64,000 nucleotides of DNA. Origin: an uncultured Methanosarcinales archaeon. GTDB taxonomy: Archaea; Nanobdellota; Nanobdellia; Woesearchaeales; ARS49. The stretch covers positions 8,867-72,866 of the forward strand of contig CAZDUA010000003.1 in the NCBI GenBank assembly GCA_964508495.1, given 5' to 3'. Below are positions 1 to 7,717 of this stretch, piece by piece (position 1 is the first letter of the stretch; each line of letters starts with the position of its first letter). A program made the position numbers and the translations under genes. Under the pieces are notes generated by a model. The model worked only from the letters and a program-made list of their open reading frames with translations, was not told the origin of the DNA and did no database searches.

Positions 1-131
1 AGTATGTTGAGCTTCCTAATCATCCTTTTTTTGTTGCCACGCAGGCTCATAATGAGCTTACTTCAAGGCTTGAAGTTCCTAATCCTTTGTTCTTTGGTTT
101 TGTTCGTGCTTCTCTTGGACGCAAGATTTAA
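1..131 (+). CDS. pyrG: CTP synthase, C-terminal end (partial, 5' part outside window)
   Basis: Frame from nt 3 reads [42 protein letters not shown], matching the PyrG glutaminase C-terminus (ELPxHPFF..TQxHxE..SR...PxPLF); stop TAA at 129-131. Confidence 0.88.
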   Translation, partial: YVELPNHPFFVATQAHNELTSRLEVPNPLFFGFVRASLGRKI

Positions 132-157
132 AAAGCGATGTATTGTGCGAAAGTTGT

Positions 158-1051
158 ATGGGGGCTAAGCAGTTTTTAGTTAACGCGTATGATGTTCATC
201 AGAAGAAGCTGATGGTATTTAGCTTCCTAGTTCTTATTGCTTGTATTATCTCGCTGGGCGTTGGTTACGCCAAAACTGGCGAATTGTTCCAGAAGGGTGT
301 TTCTTTGAAGGGCGGTATTACTTTAACCGTGCCTGTTGAGTCTTCTGTTGACATTCATTCTTTTGAAGAAGCGCTAAGCGGTAAGTATCCTTCAGCGGAT
401 ATTAGTGTTAGGGAGATTACTGAGGGCGGAACGGTTGCTGCTTTGATTGTTGAGGCTTCCGATATTTCTCCTGAAGACTTGAAAGCTTCCCTTCCAGAGT
501 TAGGCGTTCCTTTGGTTGATGGCGAGTATAGTATTGAGAGCATGGGCAGTTCTCTTGGCCAGCGTTTCTTCATTCAAACGATTAAAGCTGTTATTTTCGC
601 GTTCATTATGGTTTCAATTGTTATCTTTTTGACTTTCCGTGCTTTGTTGCCGAGTTTTTTCGTGGTTTTCTCCGCGGCTTCCGGCATTATATCAACTCTT
701 GCCGTGGTTAATTTGCTTGGCATGAAGTTGTCTGCGGCTGGTATTGCCGCTTTGCTTATGTTGATTGGTTATTCTGTTGATGCCAACATTTTGCTTACTA
801 CGAAGGTTTTGAAGCGTAAGTCAGAGGGTGGCACCATTATTCAGCGTACTGTTGGAGCCATGCGTACTGGTCTTACTATGACCTTGTGCGCTCTTGCTTC
901 TTCCATGATTGGTCTCGCGTTTATTCGTTCCGATGTTATCAGCCAGATTATGATTATTGTGTCTGTTGGCTTGGTGTTTGACCTCATTTATACTTGGTTC
1001 CAGAATGCTTGGATTTTGAGATGGTATATGGTGAAAAATGGCAGCTCTTAA
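158..1051 (+). CDS. secF: Protein translocase subunit SecF
   Basis: KGVSLKGG motif after TM1, six hydrophobic segments, IGYSVDANILLT; overlaps secD. Start moved to ATG 158, which lies downstream of a TTTAAAAA box. Confidence 0.9.
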   Translation: MGAKQFLVNAYDVHQKKLMVFSFLVLIACIISLGVGYAKTGELFQKGVSLKGGITLTVPVESSVDIHSFEEALSGKYPSADISVREITEGGTVAALIVEASDISPEDLKASLPELGVPLVDGEYSIESMGSSLGQRFFIQTIKAVIFAFIMVSIVIFLTFRALLPSFFVVFSAASGIISTLAVVNLLGMKLSAAGIAALLMLIGYSVDANILLTTKVLKRKSEGGTIIQRTVGAMRTGLTMTLCALASSMIGLAFIRSDVISQIMIIVSVGLVFDLIYTWFQNAWILRWYMVKNGSS

Positions 1052-2762
1052 GCGCATTTTGTTGAATTTCCGTGTAATTATTCTGTTGTCTTGTTTAGTT
1101 CTGGGCTTTTTCGCAATTAATCCTAATCCTTGGAACTCGGGTGTTTCCATAAAGGCAATTTCTATGAACAGCAGCGCTGAGTTTGCTGGTTTTGAGAATC
1201 CTAAGGCCAACATTGCGCCGATGGGCCGCGAGCGTATTATTGCGATGAACAACAAGCCTATTGCTGGCGTAGAGGCTTATTTTGATTTTGTTGAGGGCTT
1301 GGAGCCTAATCAGACTGTTCAGGTTAAGACTAATAAGAATTCTTACAAGCTTACCGTCCTGCCAAAGCTGAGAACTATTGAGTTAAACGAAACTGAATTT
1401 GTTCTTATTAACGAGACCAGGGAAGTTAACGAAACAATTAACGATACTGTTGTTCTTGTGAATAAGACTTTTTCAAAAGAAGTCGAGCAGCCTAAGGTGA
1501 TAACCGAGGTTATCGGCATTGTGCCTTTGGGCTTTAGTGTTGGCCATGCTCCTAAGAGCAATTTGCGCCAGGGTCTTGACTTGGAGGGCGGTACCCGTGT
1601 CTTGCTCAAGCCTGCAGAAGAAGTTTCTCGTGATACTATCGGCCTTATGGTTGATTCTTTGAAGGAGCGTTTGAACGTTTATGGTCTTGGTGATGTTGTT
1701 GTTACTGAGGTTTCTGATGCTCCTGACTTGTTGGGCGGTGGCAATCGTTTCATTCTTGTTGAGATTGCCGGTGCGACTGAAGAGGAAGTTCGTGATTTGC
1801 TTGGAAAGCAGGGCAAGTTTGAGGCAAGGATTGGCAATGATACTGTTTTCAAGGGTGGTAGTGATATTACTTATGTTGCAAGGACTGCTCAGCAGTCTGG
1901 TATCGATCCTGAGAGGGGTTGTGGTCAGAGCGTTGATGGCTGGGGTTGTTCGTTCATTTTCTCCATTACTTTGAGTCCTGAGGCTGCTCAGCGTCAGGCT
2001 GATTTGACGCAGGTCTTGTCTGTTGTTGGTGGCAGTCTGTCTCAGCCTTTAGTTTTGTACTTGGATGACGTGGAAGTTGACAGGTTGAATATTGCTGCTG
2101 ACTTGCGTGGTCGTAAGACAACTGAGATTGCGATTACTGGTGGAGGCTCTGGTCCTACCGAACAGGGTGCTATCGATAATGCTTTGAAGAATATGAAGCG
2201 TTTGCAGACAATTCTTATCAGCGGCTCATTGCCAGTCAAATTAGACATTGTCCGTATTGATGCAATTTCCCCAACTCTTGGTAAGGAGTTCTTGAAAAAC
2301 TCTGCTTATGTTTTGTTGTTGGCTATCGTCGTTGTTGCTGTTATTTTGATGGCTATTTACAGAAGAGTGATCATTGCCATTCCTATCGTGTTTACTGCTT
2401 TGTCTGAGATTTTCCTGACGCTTGCAATGGCTGCCTTGATTGGCTGGAATATTGATTTGGCCGCTCTTGCCGGTATTATTCTCGCTGTTGGCGTGGGCGT
2501 TAATGACCAAATCGTTATTACTGATGAGGCTATGCGCGGCGGGTCTGATGTTGCTTATAACTGGAAGGACCGTATCAAGCGTGCTTTCAGCATCATATTG
2601 AGCGCGTATTTGACTATTGTTGTTGCTATGATTCCTTTGTTGTTTGCAGGCGCAGGCCTTCTCAAAGGCTTCGCAATTACGACCATTTTGGCAGTTACTA
2701 TTGGTATTTTGGTTACTCGTCCTGCTTATGCTGCTATTGTGAACTTGCTTATTGAAAAGTAA
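1038..2762 (+). CDS. secD: Protein translocase subunit SecD with PDZ-like insert
   Basis: GLDLEGG motif, ERLNxxG, SGSLP, ISPTLG, C-terminal TM bundle with LKGFAITT. Confidence 0.93.
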   Translation: MAALKRILLNFRVIILLSCLVLGFFAINPNPWNSGVSIKAISMNSSAEFAGFENPKANIAPMGRERIIAMNNKPIAGVEAYFDFVEGLEPNQTVQVKTNKNSYKLTVLPKLRTIELNETEFVLINETREVNETINDTVVLVNKTFSKEVEQPKVITEVIGIVPLGFSVGHAPKSNLRQGLDLEGGTRVLLKPAEEVSRDTIGLMVDSLKERLNVYGLGDVVVTEVSDAPDLLGGGNRFILVEIAGATEEEVRDLLGKQGKFEARIGNDTVFKGGSDITYVARTAQQSGIDPERGCGQSVDGWGCSFIFSITLSPEAAQRQADLTQVLSVVGGSLSQPLVLYLDDVEVDRLNIAADLRGRKTTEIAITGGGSGPTEQGAIDNALKNMKRLQTILISGSLPVKLDIVRIDAISPTLGKEFLKNSAYVLLLAIVVVAVILMAIYRRVIIAIPIVFTALSEIFLTLAMAALIGWNIDLAALAGIILAVGVGVNDQIVITDEAMRGGSDVAYNWKDRIKRAFSIILSAYLTIVVAMIPLLFAGAGLLKGFAITTILAVTIGILVTRPAYAAIVNLLIEK

Positions 2763-2796
2763 AACATTTATAACTTCTTGATTGTTTTTTTGCTTT

Positions 2797-3804
2797 ATGA
2801 AAGCCGATCTTAACTTTTTGGAACTGCACTTCTTGGTTGAAGAGCTTCAGTCTTTGGTAGGCTGTCGTGTTGACAAGGTTTACGAGCCTGATGGTCTTTT
2901 GTTCCAATTGCACAAGTCTAATTCTGGGAAGGTTTTTCTTATAGTAACTGACAAGATGATGTGGCTTGCTAAGGATAAGCCTGTTGCTCCTGAGAGTGTT
3001 TCTGGTATTTGTTCTGCTCTGCGTAAGTATCTGAAAGGCAAGAAACTCACTGTGTTGGAACAGCTTGGTAGTGAGCGTATTGCGCGGTTTACTTTTCAGA
3101 CTCAGAAGGAGACTTATTATCTTTATGTTGAGTTTTTCTCTAATGGAAACGTAATTCTCACTAATGATGTGCTGAAGATTCTTTTTGCTCGGGAGGAGCG
3201 TGCTTGGAAGGACCGTGAAATTAAGCGCGGTTTGATTTATGAATTGCCTCCTGCAAAGCAGGACGTGTTTTCATTGAAGGAAGTTCCTGCTGATGAGAAA
3301 TCTCTCGCCGCTCTTGGTTTTGGCAAATTGCTTGCAAAAGAGATTGTTGCGAGAAAGGGCGATTTTAAGTCTTTATTCAAGGAGAAGCTCAGTCCGAGAT
3401 TTTATTCTGATGGCGAGTTGAGTCCTATAAAGCTCATTCAATACGAGGAGTCTGGCGAACCCTTCCCATCATTTTCAGAACTTATTAATGAAAAACTGCC
3501 TCGTGTTCCTGAACAGCCTCGTGTTAGCAAGGCTTTTGAGGCGAAAAAGGCCAAGCTTCAGGACGTTATTGACATGCAGTCTAAGAACATTGAAAGGATG
3601 GAAAAGGACGCGTTAGAGTTCCAGCGTAAGGGCGAATTAGTTTACGAGCATTACCAAGAGCTTAAGGACATTCTTGAAGAACTCAATAAGGCAAAGGCTA
3701 AGTTTTCTTTGCAGGAAGTCAGGGCAAGGCTGATAGGCCATGCGAAAATAAAAGATTTGAATCCTAGGACGAGCGATGTTCTTATTGAATTAGAAGAAAA
3801 ATAA
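2797..3804 (+). CDS. NFACT/Rqc2 (FbpA-like) family protein, N-terminal part only
   Basis: N-terminus E.L..LVG.RV.KVY, L..LRKYL.G, Q.GSERI, VEFFS.GNVIL, R.IK.G..Y..PP, then coiled coil with KGELVY; no NFACT-R domain visible. Confidence 0.8.
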   Translation: MKADLNFLELHFLVEELQSLVGCRVDKVYEPDGLLFQLHKSNSGKVFLIVTDKMMWLAKDKPVAPESVSGICSALRKYLKGKKLTVLEQLGSERIARFTFQTQKETYYLYVEFFSNGNVILTNDVLKILFAREERAWKDREIKRGLIYELPPAKQDVFSLKEVPADEKSLAALGFGKLLAKEIVARKGDFKSLFKEKLSPRFYSDGELSPIKLIQYEESGEPFPSFSELINEKLPRVPEQPRVSKAFEAKKAKLQDVIDMQSKNIERMEKDALEFQRKGELVYEHYQELKDILEELNKAKAKFSLQEVRARLIGHAKIKDLNPRTSDVLIELEEK

Positions 3805-3806
3805 GG

Positions 3807-3916
3807 TGGACAGCTTAACTGTTTTCCCTCGGAATGAAGTACACGCAGTTACGGAGGCCGGTTTAACTTCCGGGTTCGAATGAGACCGGGTGGAACCCAA
3901 CCCCTGTGGCCGTCCA
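3807..3916 (-). rRNA. rrf: 5S ribosomal RNA (about 110 nt, unlinked)
   Basis: Reverse complement reads UGGACGGCCAC...CCCGGUCUCAUUCGAACCCGGAAGUUAAAC...GUAC...GGGAA...GCUGUCCA, with the 5S loop C signature and complementary termini. Confidence 0.93.
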
Positions 3917-3938
3917 GTATTGACGACAAAGGGAGGTA

Positions 3939-3946
3939 TTTATAAA
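3939..3946. promoter_or_regulatory. Palindromic TATA box (TTTATAAA) shared by 5S rRNA (-) and epimerase (+)
   Basis: The box is 23 nt from the 5S 5' end (3916) and 23 nt from ATG 3969. Confidence 0.7.
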
Positions 3947-3968
3947 CCTTTCTTATTTTCTGGCTAGT

Positions 3969-4886
3969 ATGTCCAGAGTGCTTGTTACCGGCGGTGCAGG
4001 TTTTATTGGCAGTCATTTGGTTGACGCTCTTGTTCTTGCAAAGCATGATGTGACTGTTTTGGACAATCTTTCCAGCGGTAAGCAGGCCAATCTTTCTGAT
4101 GTTAAGGACAAAGTCACTTTTATTAAGGGTGATATTTGCAATGATTCAATTCTAAAAAAGGCTGTTGCTAGGCAGGATGTCGTTTTTCATCTTGCTGCTA
4201 TTGCTAGTGTTCCTTATTCTATTCAGCACCCGTTGGAAACTCATGAGGTTAATACGACGGGCACTTTGAAAGTTCTTCTTGCCGCGAGAGATGCGAAAGT
4301 TAAGCGTTTTATTTATTCCAGCAGTGCTGCTGTTTATGGTGACGAGCCCAGTTTGCCGAAGAAAGAATCAAGTCCTTTGAAGCCTCAGACTCCGTATGCT
4401 TTGAACAAGCTTGTTGGCGAACAATATACTTTGATGTTTTACAAGTTGTATGGTATTGAGACTGTTGCTTTGCGTTATTTTAACGTGTTTGGTCCTAGGC
4501 AGGACCCGTCATCTCCATACTCGGGTGTTATCACAAAGTTTGTTTCAACCTTAAACTCAGGAAAGTCTCCTATGATCTTCGGTGATGGGATGCAGACTCG
4601 TGATTTTGTTTTTGTTTCTGATGTGGTCCAGGCAAACCTTAAGGCTATGACTGCTAATGTTGCTGGAAGAGTTTTTAACATTGCTACTGGCGTTCAAGTG
4701 TCTATTAATGAAATGCTTGCTCATTTGAACGAAATATTGGGCACTAAGATTTCCGCTAAGCACGAGGCTCGCCAAGCGGGTGATATTTTGCATAGTGTTG
4801 CTGATATTTCTGAGGCTAAGAAGTCTTTGCATTTCCATCCCGAGGTTCCTTTCCACGAGGGTCTTGAGCTTACAGTCAAAGCATAA
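3969..4886 (+). CDS. NAD-dependent nucleotide-sugar epimerase (UDP-glucose/GlcNAc 4-epimerase, extended SDR)
   Basis: TGGAGFIG, HLAA, SSSAAVYG, YALNK (YxxxK), RYFNVFGPRQDP, GDG.QTRDF. Confidence 0.92.
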   Translation: MSRVLVTGGAGFIGSHLVDALVLAKHDVTVLDNLSSGKQANLSDVKDKVTFIKGDICNDSILKKAVARQDVVFHLAAIASVPYSIQHPLETHEVNTTGTLKVLLAARDAKVKRFIYSSSAAVYGDEPSLPKKESSPLKPQTPYALNKLVGEQYTLMFYKLYGIETVALRYFNVFGPRQDPSSPYSGVITKFVSTLNSGKSPMIFGDGMQTRDFVFVSDVVQANLKAMTANVAGRVFNIATGVQVSINEMLAHLNEILGTKISAKHEARQAGDILHSVADISEAKKSLHFHPEVPFHEGLELTVKA

Positions 4887-4918
4887 TCTATTTATACCGG
4901 TGTTTTGGACTTTTAACC

Positions 4919-6082
4919 ATGCGCTTATACGAGCACGAAGCTAAGAGTTTGCTGAAAAAGCATGATGTTGTTGTGCCTGATGGCGTGCTTGTTTCTGAAA
5001 AGTCTTCTCCAAACGCTCCGTGTGTTGTTAAGGCTCAGTTGTTGTTTGGAAAGCGTGCTGATTTTGGCGGGATAGTGATCTGCAAGACTAAGGATGAAGC
5101 TAAATCTGCAGTTTCTAAACTTCTTGGCGCTTCTTTTAAGGGTGAGACTGTCAAGAGTGTTCTTGTTGAAAGTTTTGTTGATATGAAGAAGCAGTTTTAT
5201 GTTGGCTTTTTGTTTGATACTGATTCTCGCAGCCCTGTTTTGTTGTTTAGTTCTCAGGGTGGCACTGGTATTGAGGAGCAGACTGACGTTCACAAGCTCG
5301 TAATTAATGAAATCAGTGGTTTAAATGATGCAGAATTGAAATCTTTTTTGAAAAAAGCTAAGGCTGACGAGTCTTTAGGTCCTGTTCTTCATTCATTGTG
5401 GAAGGTTTTTGTTTCAGAAGATTGTAAATTATTGGAAATCAACCCTCTCGCGCAAACTTCAAATGGCTTTGTCTGTCTTGATGCTCATGTTGAGCTTGAT
5501 GATTTTGCTCTTGGCCGTCATAAAGATTTTGCATATCCTGAACGTCCTGCTAATCTTGGTCGTGCTATGACTGAGCGTGAGAAGGCTGTTAAGGCTGCTA
5601 ATGATAAGGACTATCATGGTACTGTAAAATATATTGAACTGGATGGCAATATTGCTTTTCTTGCTGCTGGTGGCGGTGGTAGTTTGACTTGTATGGACGC
5701 GTTGATAGATGCTGGTGGCAGTCCCGCTAATTACACAGAGTTCAGCGGTGATCCTAATGATGAAAAAATGTACATTCTTACAAAGCAGGCAATTACAAAG
5801 CCCGGAATCAAAGGTTGTTGGATTGTTGGTGCTATCGCGAACTTTTCTAGAATGGATACTATGATGTCTGGCATTGTGCGCGCTTTTGAGGAAGTTATGC
5901 CTAAATTTCCTATTGTTGTTCGTCGTTCTGGTCCTTATGAGAAAGAGGGTTTTGCTATCTTGAAGGACGCTGCCAAAAAGCATGGTTGGGATGTTGAAGT
6001 TCATGGCGCTGAGACTCCTTTGACTGCTACTGCTAAGATTATGGTTGAGAAAGTGAGGAAGTATGGGAATATTGCTAGATAA
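4919..6082 (+). CDS. ATP-citrate lyase / citryl-CoA synthetase beta-type (ATP-grasp) subunit
   Basis: LYEHEAK, LFGKR, LEINP, AAGGGGS, ANYTEFSGDP, GAIANFS and VRRSGP match ACL citrate-binding motifs rather than SucC. Confidence 0.8.
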   Translation: MRLYEHEAKSLLKKHDVVVPDGVLVSEKSSPNAPCVVKAQLLFGKRADFGGIVICKTKDEAKSAVSKLLGASFKGETVKSVLVESFVDMKKQFYVGFLFDTDSRSPVLLFSSQGGTGIEEQTDVHKLVINEISGLNDAELKSFLKKAKADESLGPVLHSLWKVFVSEDCKLLEINPLAQTSNGFVCLDAHVELDDFALGRHKDFAYPERPANLGRAMTEREKAVKAANDKDYHGTVKYIELDGNIAFLAAGGGGSLTCMDALIDAGGSPANYTEFSGDPNDEKMYILTKQAITKPGIKGCWIVGAIANFSRMDTMMSGIVRAFEEVMPKFPIVVRRSGPYEKEGFAILKDAAKKHGWDVEVHGAETPLTATAKIMVEKVRKYGNIAR

Positions 6083-6959
6083 TGATGCAAAAATAGTCAT
6101 CCAGGGTATTACGGGTAGCACTGGCCAGATGTCTGCGGAGCTCATGCTGAAATATAATACTAAAGTTCTTGCTGGCGTGACTCCTGGCAAGGGTGGCCAG
6201 CAAGTGCATGGCGTTCCTGTTTACAATTCTGTTAAGGAGGCTCGTGCTGTTCATGACCTTAATGCTTCTTTTATTGTTGTTCCTCCGTTATTCGCCAAGA
6301 GCGCAGTTTTGGAAGCTTTGGACAACGATATCAAGCTAGTTCTAGTCTTCACAGAAAATGTTCCTCTGCATGATTCTGCTGCTATGATTGCAAAAGCGAG
6401 GGAGAAAAAAGCAGTGCTTATTGGTCCCGCTAGCGTTGGCATGATTAGTCCTGGCATTGGTCGTATTGGTCCTATTGGCGGCTTGCCTGACATGGTTGAT
6501 AAGGTTTACAAGAAAGGGAGCATTGGAATCATTTCTAAGAGTGGTGGCATGACTAATGAGACTGCGTGGGTTATCAGGCAGGCCGGTCTTGGTCAGAGTA
6601 CTGTTATCGGCATGGGTGGCGAGTTGCTTGTTGGCGCTACTTATGCTGATTTGTTGAGATTGTTTGAAAAAGATCCTGAGACCAAGGCGGTTGTTGTTTT
6701 TGGCGAGCTTGGTGGTACTTATGAGGATCAGATTGCGGAAGTATTAAAAAATAAGGAATTTACAAAACCAATTGCGGTGTTTATTGGTGGTAAGTTCGCT
6801 GAGAAAATGCCGAGTGGCATTCAGTTTGGCCATGCTGGTGCTATTATCGAGCGTGGCAAGGGCAAGCCGTCTGAGAAGATTGATAAGTTGCGCAGGGCCG
6901 GTGCTTTGATTGCGGCTTATCATCATGAGATTGGCCAGGTTATCAGGGATGCGTTATGA
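6063..6959 (+). CDS. ATP-citrate lyase / citryl-CoA synthetase alpha-type (CoA-binding, phospho-His) subunit
   Basis: IQGITG, GVTPGKGG, IGPASVG, SKSGGMTNE, GELGG, QFGHAGA (catalytic His). Confidence 0.82.
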   Translation: MGILLDNDAKIVIQGITGSTGQMSAELMLKYNTKVLAGVTPGKGGQQVHGVPVYNSVKEARAVHDLNASFIVVPPLFAKSAVLEALDNDIKLVLVFTENVPLHDSAAMIAKAREKKAVLIGPASVGMISPGIGRIGPIGGLPDMVDKVYKKGSIGIISKSGGMTNETAWVIRQAGLGQSTVIGMGGELLVGATYADLLRLFEKDPETKAVVVFGELGGTYEDQIAEVLKNKEFTKPIAVFIGGKFAEKMPSGIQFGHAGAIIERGKGKPSEKIDKLRRAGALIAAYHHEIGQVIRDAL

Positions 6960-7693
6960 AATGGAATACTAAAATTTCAAAAGTTACTGAGAAGGGTGCT
7001 GTTGTTAGAGGCTATGATGTTTCTGCGTTAATAGGAAAAATAACTTTTACTGACATGATTTGTTTGTTGTTGAAGGGCGAGTTGCCTAAAAAGGGCGAGC
7101 GCGAATTGTTGGACGCTATTTTTGTGAGTGCTGCTGAGCATGGTATTCAAGTGCCTTCTGTTACTGCTTCGCGTATTGTTCAAAGTGCTGGCAACTCTAT
7201 CAACACTTCTGTCGCTGCTGGCGTATTAGCTATTGGCGATCATCATGGCGGTGCTGTTGAGCAGGCTGCAAGGCTTTTCCAGGAGAATGTTTCTAAACCT
7301 GCTTCTGGTGTTGTTGCTGAGCGTCTTGCTCGTAAGGAGCGTCTTGGTGGTTTTGGTCACAAGCATTATGATCAGGACCCTCGTGTTGTTCCTTTGTTCG
7401 CTCTTGCTGTAAAGCACAAGCTTGCTGGAAAGCATATCGCGTTTGCTAAAGAAGTTGATAAGGAGTTGTGCGCTCAATCTAAAAAAGTCCTTCATTTGAA
7501 CATTGATGGCGCTATTGCGGCCATTATCAGCGACCTCGGCTTTCCTTGGTTGTCTGCTCGTGCTTTTTTCATTATCCCAAGGACTGCTGGAATCGCAGCT
7601 CACGTGGTTGAAGAGCGTATGTCTGGCGAAGTATATCGTCGTGAAGATGACAGTAACGTAACTTATTCTGGTCCTGCTGAAAGAAAGCTTTAA
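6956..7693 (+). CDS. Citryl-CoA lyase (citrate-synthase-like domain)
   Basis: VRGY, AEHG, GDHHGGA, GFGH, DPR, NIDG; 245 aa; ATGA overlap with the upstream gene. Confidence 0.85.
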   Translation: MKWNTKISKVTEKGAVVRGYDVSALIGKITFTDMICLLLKGELPKKGERELLDAIFVSAAEHGIQVPSVTASRIVQSAGNSINTSVAAGVLAIGDHHGGAVEQAARLFQENVSKPASGVVAERLARKERLGGFGHKHYDQDPRVVPLFALAVKHKLAGKHIAFAKEVDKELCAQSKKVLHLNIDGAIAAIISDLGFPWLSARAFFIIPRTAGIAAHVVEERMSGEVYRREDDSNVTYSGPAERKL

Positions 7694-7717
7694 ATTGTGC
7701 TTTCATTGTCTTCTTTT

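Noticed and set aside
40..60. PyrG HNE instead of HPE as a sign of inactivation
   Set aside because: The catalytic His and Glu are retained, and the rest of the gene is outside the window.
158..2762. secF-before-secD order as a novelty
   Set aside because: The secFD order is already known in archaea (e.g. haloarchaea).
4919..6959. Succinyl-CoA synthetase (sucCD)
   Set aside because: The SucC NGAGL/ANFLD.GG motifs are replaced by ACL-type motifs, and a citryl-CoA lyase gene is coupled downstream.
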